DNA of 64,000 nt from Candidatus Bathyarchaeota archaeon (GCA_963707955.1 OY970176.1:1280001-1344000), one strand, 5' to 3'. Shown: positions 8,374-19,076, numbered from the stretch's first letter. The notes: a model not told the origin generated them from the letters alone. Translations and numbers: made by a program.

Positions 8374-9921
8374 TTGACGGACATCGTTTTGGTTTTTGAG
8401 GTTCATCAGCCTCACAGGATAAAGAAGGGCTTCTTCTGGGGCAACATGGATTTCAAACGCGTGAAGAAGGAGGAACTCTTCGAGTACTACTTCGACAAGG
8501 AGGAGAACAGGGAGATCTTCGACAGAGCAGGCAAGAAATGCTATTTCCCTTCCAACAGCATCCTGCTTGAACTGGTCGACAGGTACAAGAACGAGAGAAA
8601 AAAGGTTAAAGTGTCCTTCAGCCTCAGCGGAATCTTCTTAGAACAGTGCGAGATGTTCAACAAAGACCTGCTCGAAACGTTCAAACAGCTCGCACAAACA
8701 GGACACGTCGAATTTCTCAGCCAAACCTATTATCACTCGCTTGCAAGCCTGTACCCGGAAAGAGAAGAATTCATCGAACAGGTAAAGATGCACCAGCAGA
8801 CAATGCGAGACCTGCTCGACTACACTCCACACGTTTTCGAAAACACAGAACTGCTCTACAACAACGCCGTAGCCCGAACTGTGGAAAAGCTTGGATACAA
8901 AGGAATCTTCACCGAAGGCGTCGAACGGATACTGAAGGGAAAGTCGCCGAACTACCTCTACTCGCCGAAGGACTCCAAGAAACTCAAGGTTTTCCTGAGA
9001 AACTACAAACTGACAGACGACATCGGCTTCAGGTTTTCAGCAAGATGGTGGAACGAGTGGCCGCTGACCGCGGACAAATACGCGAGTTGGCTGGCAGCTA
9101 CACCGGGAAACTGCATCAACATCTTCCCAGACTACGAAACCTTCGGAGAACACCACTGGCCAGAAACAGGCATCCACGAATTCCTCAGACACTTGCCAAG
9201 CGAAATCGTGAAGTGGTGGAACCTCCACATGTCCACGCCTTCAGAAGTGGTGGAAAAGTACGCTTCTGCAGGGGAAATCGACGTCCCAGAACTCGGCGGA
9301 ACCGTTTCCTGGGCAGACCTAGAAAGGGACGCAAGCTGCTGGCTCGGCAACGCCATGCAGTGGGCATACTACACGAGCTTAAGACGATTAGAACCACTCG
9401 TCAAAGAGGCGGAGGACAAGGAGTTCTTAAAAACCTGGAGATACTTCCAAACAAGCGACCACCTTTATTACATGTTCACAGCCGGAGGAGGCCCCGGTGA
9501 AGTTCACTCCTACTTCAGCCCTTTCGCCACGCCGGCAGACGCTTTCGTCACCTTGCAAGCCGCGATACTGGACTTTGAAAACAGAATAAGACTCGCAACC
9601 GTCGTGGCAGATGAACCGTTCCTCTTCTACACAGGCACCGGCGAGAAATACTTCACGGGAACAACGGTCTGGAGCTTAAAAGGGTTCACAAAAGCCATCC
9701 AGCAGGTCAGCGTGAAATCAGTTGAATTTCACAACAAACGCGGAGACTTTGCAAACTGGGCTGAAAAATCACTCCAAGACCAAGTGCTGGCAAAGGAATT
9801 CAACGAAATAAAGCTTGCCAAAACGGAAGGAGAACAGCTTAGAAACGGAATAGCCAAAGCCTCGAAAAAGAGGCTGAACGATTTGAGGGCCGAAATACAG
9901 TCAGCGACAAGATACTTCTGA
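8374..9921 (+). CDS. GH57 alpha-amylase with C-terminal DUF5752-like domain
   Basis: FEVHQP, QTYYHSL, FENTEL, DYETFGEH and QTSDHLYYM motifs; C-terminal PFLFY...SL..F...SVEFH..RGDFANW. Confidence 0.92.
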   Translation: MTDIVLVFEVHQPHRIKKGFFWGNMDFKRVKKEELFEYYFDKEENREIFDRAGKKCYFPSNSILLELVDRYKNERKKVKVSFSLSGIFLEQCEMFNKDLLETFKQLAQTGHVEFLSQTYYHSLASLYPEREEFIEQVKMHQQTMRDLLDYTPHVFENTELLYNNAVARTVEKLGYKGIFTEGVERILKGKSPNYLYSPKDSKKLKVFLRNYKLTDDIGFRFSARWWNEWPLTADKYASWLAATPGNCINIFPDYETFGEHHWPETGIHEFLRHLPSEIVKWWNLHMSTPSEVVEKYASAGEIDVPELGGTVSWADLERDASCWLGNAMQWAYYTSLRRLEPLVKEAEDKEFLKTWRYFQTSDHLYYMFTAGGGPGEVHSYFSPFATPADAFVTLQAAILDFENRIRLATVVADEPFLFYTGTGEKYFTGTTVWSLKGFTKAIQQVSVKSVEFHNKRGDFANWAEKSLQDQVLAKEFNEIKLAKTEGEQLRNGIAKASKKRLNDLRAEIQSATRYF

Positions 9922-9992
9922 CTCGTGCGCACGGTTGGGTTTATAAGAAAAACTCGAAGAATACTGATCATAGTCTAACACAAGGTGGAAAC

Positions 9993-10244
9993 ATGCGAGA
10001 AGAGCTTCCGCTTTCGGAAAAGATCCTGCAAACGCTGCACAACCTCTGCGCGACCGCGCCTGATTTAGCGAGAAGAAGTGAGGAGCTGGCGCAAGTCTTG
10101 CAGATCGACATCAACGAGCTGGAGAGAATTCTCGACGGCTACAAGGCTGAAGGTTTTGCGCAGAGCTTCACGGACAATGAGGGAAAAAAGCGCTACTACT
10201 TGACTGGAAGCGGAATAATAAAAGTGTGCGCGCTTTTCACGTAG
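9993..10244 (+). CDS. Small winged-helix protein
   Basis: EELAQVL...LERIL...G...RYYLTGSG wHTH pattern. Confidence 0.75.
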   Translation: MREELPLSEKILQTLHNLCATAPDLARRSEELAQVLQIDINELERILDGYKAEGFAQSFTDNEGKKRYYLTGSGIIKVCALFT

Positions 10245-10253
10245 GAAAGGCGA

Positions 10254-10877
10254 ATGCGCGAAATAATCTTTTCATGGGAATACCCCCCTAGAATTGTTGG
10301 TCAGCTAGCAGCCTACGTGAAATCGCTTGCTGTGCAACTCGTCACGAGTCACACGGAGCCCTACGTGGTCACTTATGACGATTACTTGACAGGCGAGTAT
10401 GATGAACCTGAAGGCGTCAAAACATTCAGGGTGACCAACCCAGTTCGCACACACATCGGCGTCCTCACGTGGGTTTTAACTCTGAACCAAGAGGTTGAAA
10501 GAGTGGCCGCCGACATTTACTACGACAAGAATAGACAGGTAGACCTCATAGACGTCCATGACTGGCACTTCATACCCGCCGCGGTCACGTTGAAGAAAGC
10601 GCTGAACATCCCGTTTGTCTACTCAGTTGAAAGCCTAGAGGACCATCGCTCACACGGTTCCAACTCGCCCTTCACCATGGCCATCAAAAGCATCGAATGG
10701 CTCGGCATGCACGAAGCCTCTACGCTGGTCGTGAAGTCCGAATGGATGCGGGACGAAGCCCTCAGACTTTACAGAGCGCCCATAGAAAAGATGAACGTGA
10801 TTCCACCAGAGTCCACAGGCTGGATGAAGGGCATCCTGGCAGTTTACAAGAACACCGCAGAGGCTGGAGCATCTTAA
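10254..10877 (+). CDS. Stand-alone GT4 N-terminal (acceptor) domain protein
   Basis: SWEYPPRIVG and DVHDWH motifs; ends before the nucleotide-sugar-binding domain. Confidence 0.8.
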   Translation: MREIIFSWEYPPRIVGQLAAYVKSLAVQLVTSHTEPYVVTYDDYLTGEYDEPEGVKTFRVTNPVRTHIGVLTWVLTLNQEVERVAADIYYDKNRQVDLIDVHDWHFIPAAVTLKKALNIPFVYSVESLEDHRSHGSNSPFTMAIKSIEWLGMHEASTLVVKSEWMRDEALRLYRAPIEKMNVIPPESTGWMKGILAVYKNTAEAGAS

Positions 10878-12094
10878 TGGACCACGACTTAACCGTCATG
10901 ATGCTCACCTGGGAGTTCCCGCCGAGAATCATCGGAGGAATATCATCACACGTCTACTACCTGTCAAAAAGCCTAGCGAGAAACGGCGCCAAGGTCTACG
11001 TGGTTACCTGCGATTTTCCCGGCGCCCCACAGCACGAAGTGTTGGACGGCGTGGAAGTCTTTCGAATAGACTCATACAAGAACCCTTCACCCGACTTTGC
11101 AACGTGGGTCTACTTGATGAACATGAACATGCAGAAAGAAGCCGCTGCACTCGCCAAGAGCTTAAAGGCCAAGGTGGACCTCTTTCACGCTCACGACTGG
11201 CTCGTTGCAACCGCAGGGATCGGCCTAAAACACGTTTTCAGACGGCCACTCTTTGGCACCATGCACTCTACTGAAATCGGGCGCAAAAACGGAATTCACG
11301 CCGACTACGAAAGGATGATCCATGAGACAGAAGCCTGGCTCACCTACGAAGCATGGAAGGTCATATGCTGCAGCGACTACATGATCTCACACGTGCGATG
11401 GGCTTTCGGGTTGCCCCCAGACAAGATGATGATGATTCCGAACGGTGTCAACGCTGACGTCTACGCTGCAATCAAGAAAAACGAGTTAAGCCAGTTCAGA
11501 AGCAGGTTCGCTTTGCCCGAAGAAAAAATCGTGCTCTTCGTCGGCAGAATGGTCTACGAAAAAGGAGTTCACGTGCTGGTTAACGCAGCTCCGAAGGTGC
11601 TGGAAAAAGTCAACGCAAAGATCATAATCGTCGGCAACGGGTACATGAAAGAGCAACTTTCGGGAATAGTAAAAGGCATGGGAATAGCCCACAAAGTCTT
11701 GTTCACAGGGTTCGTCGACGATGAAACGCTGCGAGGGTTGCAAACGTGCGCGGACGTTTCCGTTGTACCGTCTCTTTTTGAACCCTTCGGAATAGTTGCA
11801 CTCGAGGCCATGGCTGCAAAAAGCCCCGTTGTAGTCTCCGACGCGGGCGGCTTGGCAGAAATAGTTGACCACGACGTGGACGGCGTCAAGGTCTACCCAG
11901 GCAACCCTGACTCGCTGGCCTGGGGAATAACCAAAGTTTTGACAGACCAAACGTACGCGAATCATCTGAGAAACAACGCGTACAAGAAGATCCAGGAAAA
12001 GTACAACTGGGACAGAATAGCTCAACAAACCATGCGTGCCTACAAATCCGTCTTGGGCGAGTATTCAAAGAGCTTCTGGGCTCAAAAGAGTTGA
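10877..12094 (+). CDS. GT4 glycosyltransferase (glycogen synthase-like)
   Basis: TWEFPPRIIGG, HAHDW and EPFGIVALEAM motifs; ATG at 10877 is coupled to the upstream stop. Confidence 0.9.
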   Translation: MDHDLTVMMLTWEFPPRIIGGISSHVYYLSKSLARNGAKVYVVTCDFPGAPQHEVLDGVEVFRIDSYKNPSPDFATWVYLMNMNMQKEAAALAKSLKAKVDLFHAHDWLVATAGIGLKHVFRRPLFGTMHSTEIGRKNGIHADYERMIHETEAWLTYEAWKVICCSDYMISHVRWAFGLPPDKMMMIPNGVNADVYAAIKKNELSQFRSRFALPEEKIVLFVGRMVYEKGVHVLVNAAPKVLEKVNAKIIIVGNGYMKEQLSGIVKGMGIAHKVLFTGFVDDETLRGLQTCADVSVVPSLFEPFGIVALEAMAAKSPVVVSDAGGLAEIVDHDVDGVKVYPGNPDSLAWGITKVLTDQTYANHLRNNAYKKIQEKYNWDRIAQQTMRAYKSVLGEYSKSFWAQKS

Positions 12095-12117
12095 CCAGGC
12101 AGAGTTTTGTTGAGAAG

Positions 12118-13086
12118 TCACGGGTACGTCAGTTTGATGGCCTTGTGTTCGCACGCGTCGGCGCATTTCATGCAGTAGATGCATTCTGGGTGGCTGAACT
12201 TCTCCCATGGCAGCTCCAGTATCGGAACACGGGTTGGACACACCTGCACGCACTCTCGGCAACCGCCCTTCTCGCACTTGAAGGGTTCTCGACGCAGACC
12301 GATGAAACTGAACCTGTTCGTTATAGCCAAGAAGGCCCCAGTTGGACAGAAGTACCTGCACCAGCTTCGCGGAACGTAAACCGCAAAAATAAGAACACCA
12401 ATCATAATCGCAAATTGAACCCAGAAGAGCGGAGGCAGAATCGAGAGCCCGTTCAGAAAGTCTGAGCCCACGGTTTGAAGACCTGAAAAGTGAAAACTCT
12501 GGATCGTTTTCGGCACGGTTGAAAACAGAGTGTCTGAAGGGCTCAAGGCGGTGAACGGAGTTCGCGAAAAGACACCGAATGCACTTTGATAAGCCAGACT
12601 TACGCCCGCCGTGCTCATTGCTGAAAAAGTGATGGGAATCAGCAACGCAATGGCCAGAACGAAGTATTTTACGTAAACCATGCTGTCATGCGTTCTAGAC
12701 GACAGATCAGCATGCTTCCGACGAATGAAGCCTGTCAGGTCCTGAACAAAACCGAAAGGGCACACCCAGCCACACAGCGACCTTCCAATCAGCACGCCGA
12801 CTATCAGAAATGAAGCCAGTGCGATCCATGGAAAAACAGCGTAAGTAAGGCCCCATCCACTGAACATAAGCTGTATGGCCGTGAAAGCGTCGCCCACAGT
12901 GCTCCCTTTTCCCGCTATTAGCCCCCCTGTCCACAGCACTGGAAGCACTAGTGGAAGCACACCTAGGTTGAAGATTATCGTGCTGAAGAACAGGAACGAT
13001 AACACCTGGACCACTCTGCGAGGCGTGTTGTACTCCAGTAGCTTTGCCTTGACTGCTTGGGTCTTCAATCGTCGCGCCTTCTCCAT
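12118..13086 (-). CDS. NapH/NosR-like membrane 4Fe-4S-binding protein
   Basis: CGWVCPFG and CRYFCPTG motifs, TM helices, and C-terminal ferredoxin Cys motifs. Confidence 0.88.
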   Translation of the reverse strand: MEKARRLKTQAVKAKLLEYNTPRRVVQVLSFLFFSTIIFNLGVLPLVLPVLWTGGLIAGKGSTVGDAFTAIQLMFSGWGLTYAVFPWIALASFLIVGVLIGRSLCGWVCPFGFVQDLTGFIRRKHADLSSRTHDSMVYVKYFVLAIALLIPITFSAMSTAGVSLAYQSAFGVFSRTPFTALSPSDTLFSTVPKTIQSFHFSGLQTVGSDFLNGLSILPPLFWVQFAIMIGVLIFAVYVPRSWCRYFCPTGAFLAITNRFSFIGLRREPFKCEKGGCRECVQVCPTRVPILELPWEKFSHPECIYCMKCADACEHKAIKLTYP

Positions 13087-13191
13087 GCTCTAAACAAGGT
13101 CCGAGTTATTTGTTTTCCGATGACTTTAAGGTTTTCTGCAAAACGATACTGTTAAGTCTTTTAACCTAATCGACCTGACCAAAAGATGGTC

Positions 13192-13463
13192 TTAGCCCAT
13201 GACAACTAGCAGAATAATGGCAATTAAGAAGAAGAAGACAGTTGCATCGTATATCCATTTCTTGGCGAAACGCGCTAAGCAAAGCGCAGACGTTACAAGC
13301 GTTAACATGAAAAACAAATGCGCAGCAACAATCAGATAGCACCAAATCACCTGTCATCGCGTACGAATAGACGGATAAAAATCGAGACATACTGGAGAAC
13401 CATAAATACAAACAACATGACGAGCGAAACCACCAGAATCCACGCAACATTTCTTTCAGACAT
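13192..13463 (-). CDS. Possible small membrane protein(s), split in two frames
   Basis: MSERNVAWILVVSLVMLFVF...RDDR* overlaps (GTGA) with VIWCYLIVAAHLFF...IILLVVMG*. Confidence 0.4.
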
Positions 13464-13709
13464 TTCCAAGGAGCCACCCTCATCTGTTGACTGTCTCCAT
13501 GCGCATAAAAAACCGTCTGCCTAGGACTCGGCAGCGCGCACGGCGCCGCAAGCTGTTACACAACACCGTACGCCTCGCAAACTGAAACACCATTCAGGAA
13601 AAGGATCGTTCAAAACTAAGAGAAGTTCCTAATTGTCTTAACCTGTCCACGAATGAAAAACGGATTCAGCACTTGTAAAGAAAAGTGACGATGTGAAACA
13701 GAAATGCCA

Positions 13710-14048
13710 CTATGCTTCCTTCAAAAGCTTCGTCATCTCACTGACGAAGCATGCTCCGTTTCTAAGTTTCTCCACATGTGGCTTCTGGACCACACCGTAA
13801 GTCGACCAGACGTCCTCAAGAATCTTTCTTTCGATGACGTAGGCGCCGGATTTCAAAAAGTCTTCAAGACCTTCGGCGAAGAGCTCGAACTTCTCACTCA
13901 CCTCATCGCGCCTGACCGAGTACTTGCGCTCTAAGTGCTTATAGATCAGATGAGTGGCCTCCTTCCCAAATATCTGAGTCAGGACTCTTTCGATGATTTT
14001 TGAGACCTTGTCGTCCTTTGCGTCTGTTTGTTGCGTTATGGCCTGCAT
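13710..14048 (-). CDS. Conserved archaeal hypothetical protein (DUF3227-like helical domain)
   Basis: IFGKEAT.LIY.HLE...FAEGLE.FL.SGA.VIE..IL pattern. Confidence 0.7.
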   Translation of the reverse strand: MQAITQQTDAKDDKVSKIIERVLTQIFGKEATHLIYKHLERKYSVRRDEVSEKFELFAEGLEDFLKSGAYVIERKILEDVWSTYGVVQKPHVEKLRNGACFVSEMTKLLKEA

Positions 14049-14140
14049 TTGGGTTACCCGCGATATCTGGTCTCTTGCGACTAAATAAGGCTTGCCGTAG
14101 ACTTGTACGACAGATGTACAGAGAAAGCACGAACAGGAGG

Positions 14141-15430
14141 CTACAAAGTGAAGTCTGTAAGGTTCAACTGTTGAACTCTTCTCCGAACAACCTGCCTCGT
14201 CTGAGACTCGTTCGAGAATATCAGTTGCCCGTAGACGCCGTCGTAGCCCGGCACAACCTTAGCCTTTCCCTCTCGAACCCTGACCACCGCATCGGCAACT
14301 TCCACGCCGGCGACCACGCTCAGTTCTTCCTTCGAAGCGTCGATCAGAACTGCGTACTCATCGCCGAACTTTTCAACGAGCGGGTTGTAGACGTTCCAAA
14401 CCTTCTGCGCATAGGGCGAATCTGTTCTCAGTACTGTTGCGATGATCTCCGAGAGCGGAAGCAGACGCATGAAACCAATCGCGCCGTCAGGCTGAAAACC
14501 CTCCGGCCGGTCAGCGAGTTCCTCGACTCTCTGCTCAACGCCCTTCGTGAGTTGTCTACGGCAGACTGGACAAACGTTCGCAAACTTTATAGCTTCCCGC
14601 GCCGAGAGCGCCACGTGGCAGTTTCTGTGTCCTGTCCAATGGTATTTTCCGTAGGCTGGATCTGTTTCGATCGTAAACTTGAAGTGCCGCTTGTCCTTCA
14701 ACCGAATAGCTTCGGTTACTCCGCTGTAGCTCGGCTTTTCCAGTTCAAAAACGTTGGCTTCTCTGCCAATCCGCCATGGCCAAAAGCTGTGGCTGTCACT
14801 GTTTGAGACCAGCGTGAACCTGTCGAGCCTGCTCAGACGCCAGTTCATAGGCGGATCTGATGAAAGACCGGTTTCCAAAGCGTGAATATGCCTACTCATA
14901 TCTTGATAGCATTCTTCAACGCTGTCGAAACCGCTGAAGGCCCCGAAGATGCTGAACCAAGGTGTCCAAGCGTGGGCCGGAAAGACCATGTTGTCACTTG
15001 AAACTTCCATTACTTCTTCAACCAAGGTTGCTGGATCAACGTTCAAGGTTGGTCTGCCATCTGTCCGCAGGTTTCCCCACTTTGACAGTCTATCGTTTAC
15101 TTGGGCGGCGGTTTGCAAGTTCGGAGTTAGGATGACGTGGTGAACCTTTTTTGTCTCGTTCTTGCGCGTGAAGACCGTGCTGACCTCGGTTGTCATCATG
15201 AAACGAATCGGTGACTCTGTGTTGTTTGCAAGTTTGTACAGGCTTGTTTCCGGCTCTGGAACGAGATTTTGATTCAGTTCTTCAAACCATTTTGGGTGCG
15301 TGAAGTCTCCAGTGCCGACGATGTTCAAGCCTTTGACCTTGGCGAAACGAGCTATCTCCTCGACGCAAATTCTTTCGCTGGTCGCGCGACTGTAACGACT
15401 GTGAATGTGTAGGTCAGCTATCACCCTCAA
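14141..15430 (-). CDS. PHP-family endonuclease Q-like protein with Zn ribbon
   Basis: ADLHIHSRYSRATS, GTGDFTHP, PAHAWTPW, SNSDSHS, GKYHWTGHRNC, CPVC and GYDGVYG motifs. Confidence 0.9.
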   Translation of the reverse strand: MRVIADLHIHSRYSRATSERICVEEIARFAKVKGLNIVGTGDFTHPKWFEELNQNLVPEPETSLYKLANNTESPIRFMMTTEVSTVFTRKNETKKVHHVILTPNLQTAAQVNDRLSKWGNLRTDGRPTLNVDPATLVEEVMEVSSDNMVFPAHAWTPWFSIFGAFSGFDSVEECYQDMSRHIHALETGLSSDPPMNWRLSRLDRFTLVSNSDSHSFWPWRIGREANVFELEKPSYSGVTEAIRLKDKRHFKFTIETDPAYGKYHWTGHRNCHVALSAREAIKFANVCPVCRRQLTKGVEQRVEELADRPEGFQPDGAIGFMRLLPLSEIIATVLRTDSPYAQKVWNVYNPLVEKFGDEYAVLIDASKEELSVVAGVEVADAVVRVREGKAKVVPGYDGVYGQLIFSNESQTRQVVRRRVQQLNLTDFTL

Positions 15431-15700
15431 CCTGTTCACCCGACCTGACTTTTCTTCTAAGTACCTTCTCTGCGATCTTTTCAACGTCGACTTTCAGCGC
15501 GCACTAATGCCGAGCAAAGCTTCAACAGACCACAGGTTTGAACCCTTCGAAGCCTCTGTTAGTAGCTGAAATTAATAAAGCAACCGCAAACCCTCTTTCT
15601 GGTCTCGTCTGAAGGACGCAAGTATAGCCGCCCGTTGAGCATCACGTTTAAATCAAGGCACGTACTACCAAAATCTACAAGTCTTTTGAGAGGTTCACAG

Positions 15701-16231
15701 TTGACGCCTAAAAGAGAACCTATCTGGATAGCAAGAGAACTGTCCAGGTGCAGCGGGTGCAGGAAATGTGAGATTGCGTGCTCACTTTTCCATGAGAACT
15801 GTGTTTGGCCTGAGGCATCTATGATCAGGGTCTTCATGCTGGTTCCTGGGCTGGAGTTTCCGCATTTCTGCGCGCAGTGTGAGGATTATCCCTGTGTAGA
15901 ATCGTGTCCGGTTGACGCTCTCTCGGTGAGTAAGAAGACCGGTGCAGTTCTGGTGGACAATGAGAAGTGCACTGCTTGTGGGCAGTGTATTGATGCTTGC
16001 CCGGGAAGGATTCCGCACATGCATCCGAGGGAGAAGCATATCGTTATCTGTGACCTGTGCGACGGCGACCCGCAGTGCGTGAAGGTCTGTCGGGAAGGAA
16101 GCTGGAACGTGCTGAGGACTGTTTCCAGGCGGGATGAAACTGCTTACAGGCTTTATGCGCGGAAACCGGCGGAAGTGACGCGAGATTTGGCGGCCAAGAT
16201 CTACGGTGAGAAGGGGGATGAATACCTTTGA
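15701..16231 (+). CDS. 4Fe-4S dicluster subunit of aldehyde:ferredoxin oxidoreductase
   Basis: Four Cys cluster motifs; overlaps the AOR start. Confidence 0.9.
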   Translation: MTPKREPIWIARELSRCSGCRKCEIACSLFHENCVWPEASMIRVFMLVPGLEFPHFCAQCEDYPCVESCPVDALSVSKKTGAVLVDNEKCTACGQCIDACPGRIPHMHPREKHIVICDLCDGDPQCVKVCREGSWNVLRTVSRRDETAYRLYARKPAEVTRDLAAKIYGEKGDEYL

Positions 16232-18102
16232 TTCTGGGGTACGCTGGTAAGTTTCTTGACGTGGACCTTTCAACGCAGACCATCAAGGAAACAAGGTTCA
16301 GCGACGAGATTTTGCGAGATTATGTTGGTGGCAGAGGGTTAGCCTCGAAGATCCTGTGGGACAGGCTGGGCGACAGATGGGAAAAGGTGGACCCTTTAGG
16401 ACCCGATAATCTATTGTTACTCTTGACTGGGCCGCTGACCGGGTATTTTCCTGGAGGCAGAACGTGTGTGTCTGGTAAGTCTCCGCAGAGCAACGGGGTT
16501 ATTGGCTCGACGCTTTCAGGGGAGTTTGGGGTTGAGTTGAGGTGTGCAGGTTTTGACGGCGTGATCGTCAGCGGTGAATCAGCGAAGCCGGTTTACCTGT
16601 TCATTAAGGATTCAGACGTTGAGCTTCGAGACGCTAGCCGCGTTTGGGGTAAGGATGGAAAGCAGACGGTCACCGTGCTTACTAAGGAAGGTAGGCAGCT
16701 TCTGAATGAGCGTTATCCCCGGTTTGGCGAGTGGAAGGAGCCTGCGATGCTGTATGTTGGTCCAGCCGGCGAGAACAAAGTGCGAACCGCTGTTGTGATG
16801 ACGAAGTGGTCGCACGCTGCGGGTTATGGCGGTTACGGAGCGGTTATGGGTTCCAAGAAGCTTAAGGCAGTCGTCGTCAGGGGGACGGGTCCGCTGCCGG
16901 AAGTCGCTGACATCGGCAGAGTGAAGAGGCTGATCAGGAGCTTGTGCAACAATGTGTACGAGGGGGAGATGTGGAGGCGCTGGGGAACCGGGGGCGGGGG
17001 CTACTATTTCGGTGCGAAGACGAGTTCCGAGCCGGTGCGCAACTGGCAGGAGGAATGGCATGATGAGAAGGGCTACGGCGTTGACAAGTTTGAGAACCGC
17101 TTCTGGGTGAAGCAGTACTGGGGCGACTTCGGCTGTCCGACGACTTGCCTGAAGCTCGCCGTGGTGAAGAATGGAAAGTACAAAGGAGCGATAACCGACA
17201 ACCCTGACTATGAGATGCAGGCCTACTTGGGACCGAACTTGGGCATCTTCGTGCCTGAGGAGAACGTGTTTCTCTCGTCGCTCGTTGACGACTTGGGCCT
17301 CTGCGGCATTCAGACGGGCAACGTAATGGGCTTTGCGGCTGAGTTGTATCAGAGAGGAATACTGACGAAAGAGAACTTGGAAGGTTTGGAGCTCAAGTGG
17401 GGCAATACTGAAGCCTTCGCGGCTCTGGTCAAGAAAATCGCTTTCCGAACGGGCATAGGTAACGTGCTGGCCGAAGGAACATACCGCGCGGCGTTGAAGC
17501 TCGGGAAGATGAAGAAGAAGAACCTGTTGCCCTACGCTGTGCAGTCAAAGGGCGTAAGCATCGGCGCACACGGAATCCGCAGTGGTAAGGACTTCCCTGA
17601 AATCATCTCCTACGCATGCGGAGTCCAATGCGGAGATCACACGTCGCTGACGGGACTGCCGCTGGAGAGGAACAGCGAGCTGATGGAGACTTTCAACGAT
17701 TCAGGAGTTTTCTGCAGCTTCAACAGCTTCGCAGGATCGACGAAAGTCCGTTTCGACTTCTACTCTGCGGTTACAGGTGTAAAACTGACGAGAAAAGAGT
17801 GGTGCAGGAACAAAGCTTTGAAGACGCTGCAGCTTCAGAGGACGCTGCTGCTGCTAGGCGGGCCTGACGCGACGTGGAACCCGAGGGTCGATGATGACAA
17901 CCCGCCGAGGTTCTACGAGCCCTTACCAGCCGGACCCGAGAAGGGGAAGACAGCAGACAGGGTTGCAGTCGAAGAGTACAAGCAAAGATATTACAGGGCA
18001 GTCGGCTGGGACGAGAACGGCATACCCACATCGGAGATTCTCGCAAAACTAGGCCTGAAAGATGTTAACAAAGCGTTGCAAAACGTGCGACAAAGGAGTT
18101 AA
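16228..18102 (+). CDS. Tungsten-dependent aldehyde:ferredoxin oxidoreductase family protein
   Basis: GGRGL, KSPQS, GPAGE, GAVMGSKKLKA, DDLGLC and YY..GWDENGIP motifs. Confidence 0.92.
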   Translation: MILGYAGKFLDVDLSTQTIKETRFSDEILRDYVGGRGLASKILWDRLGDRWEKVDPLGPDNLLLLLTGPLTGYFPGGRTCVSGKSPQSNGVIGSTLSGEFGVELRCAGFDGVIVSGESAKPVYLFIKDSDVELRDASRVWGKDGKQTVTVLTKEGRQLLNERYPRFGEWKEPAMLYVGPAGENKVRTAVVMTKWSHAAGYGGYGAVMGSKKLKAVVVRGTGPLPEVADIGRVKRLIRSLCNNVYEGEMWRRWGTGGGGYYFGAKTSSEPVRNWQEEWHDEKGYGVDKFENRFWVKQYWGDFGCPTTCLKLAVVKNGKYKGAITDNPDYEMQAYLGPNLGIFVPEENVFLSSLVDDLGLCGIQTGNVMGFAAELYQRGILTKENLEGLELKWGNTEAFAALVKKIAFRTGIGNVLAEGTYRAALKLGKMKKKNLLPYAVQSKGVSIGAHGIRSGKDFPEIISYACGVQCGDHTSLTGLPLERNSELMETFNDSGVFCSFNSFAGSTKVRFDFYSAVTGVKLTRKEWCRNKALKTLQLQRTLLLLGGPDATWNPRVDDDNPPRFYEPLPAGPEKGKTADRVAVEEYKQRYYRAVGWDENGIPTSEILAKLGLKDVNKALQNVRQRS

Positions 18103-18493
18103 CATACTCTGTTTCGCGCAGGTGACATACGCTACATCCCTGTATTCGCGTTTTCACCCCGTCTATTCCACCCTCCCCCTCCCCCCTAGGGTACTAGTAC
18201 TGCACGTGGGCCCTATTGAAGGCCCTGGCGGATTTGTACTGGCTTCAAGCCGAGAACGTGCCGAGGGCTTGAAAAAGAACCTAGGCAAGGATATTGACTT
18301 TTCAACGCACTACACTATCAAAGCGTCTTCTGGTTCTATCTCTCTGATCACAGTTTGCCTGAAGTGACTTTCCCTCGGCCCTAGGGTGCCAGCCCCCACT
18401 TCGGGCATTTACATGAGACCCCGCGCGCCCTCATTTTTTGGCCCGTTTTGACTAGTAACTCAAGGATGTGGGTTTGGCTGGACTGGTGATGAG

Positions 18494-18901
18494 CTACTTT
18501 CTTTCGATGAGTTCGATCAGTGTGCCGTCAGGGTCCTCTATGAACGCTATCAAGGGGCCGGTTGAGCCGAGTTTGAAGGGTTCGTCTGTGACTGTGACCT
18601 TGTTCTTTCGCATCGTGAATATTGTTTGCTTCATGTCTTTGATCTCGAAGGCAATGTGGTCGAACAGTCTGTCTTCATAGACGGGTTGGATGAACTTCTT
18701 CTGTTTCCTGTAGAAGGTCAGTTCAAGCTTTGCTCCTTTCTCATCTGGGCCCTGCAGAAAAGCGATTTCAGCGTTATTCTGCGGTATTTCGTGGCGACCC
18801 ACGAGTTTGAGCCCCAGCAGCCTGATGTAAAAGTCGATTGACCTGTCCATATCGCTCGTTCTGATGCTCGCGTGGACAAACATCATGTTCCTCACAGACA
18901 C
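18494..18901 (-). CDS. VOC family / glyoxalase I-like protein
   Basis: HASIR, LELT, HIAF and FIEDPDGTLIELIE motifs. Confidence 0.9.
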   Translation of the reverse strand: MSVRNMMFVHASIRTSDMDRSIDFYIRLLGLKLVGRHEIPQNNAEIAFLQGPDEKGAKLELTFYRKQKKFIQPVYEDRLFDHIAFEIKDMKQTIFTMRKNKVTVTDEPFKLGSTGPLIAFIEDPDGTLIELIERK

Positions 18902-19076
18902 TTCATTTCAGCAGCCCAGGTATATAGAAGCGACGGCGACCTTGCATGTGGCTAGCACTACGAAAGGGACTGACTTAATAGCCTACTGCTTGATATCTGT
19001 TTTCAGTGTAAACATGTCGGAACAACAAGAGTCTCGTCCAAGCTCTTTGCATAATTCAGCTAGTTCTTGGAAGTAG

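Noticed and set aside
8646-9500. Long alternative-frame or antisense ORFs (also 14000-14806, 20023-20631, 57056-57646)
   Set aside because: They shadow well-supported genes and carry no recognisable motifs.
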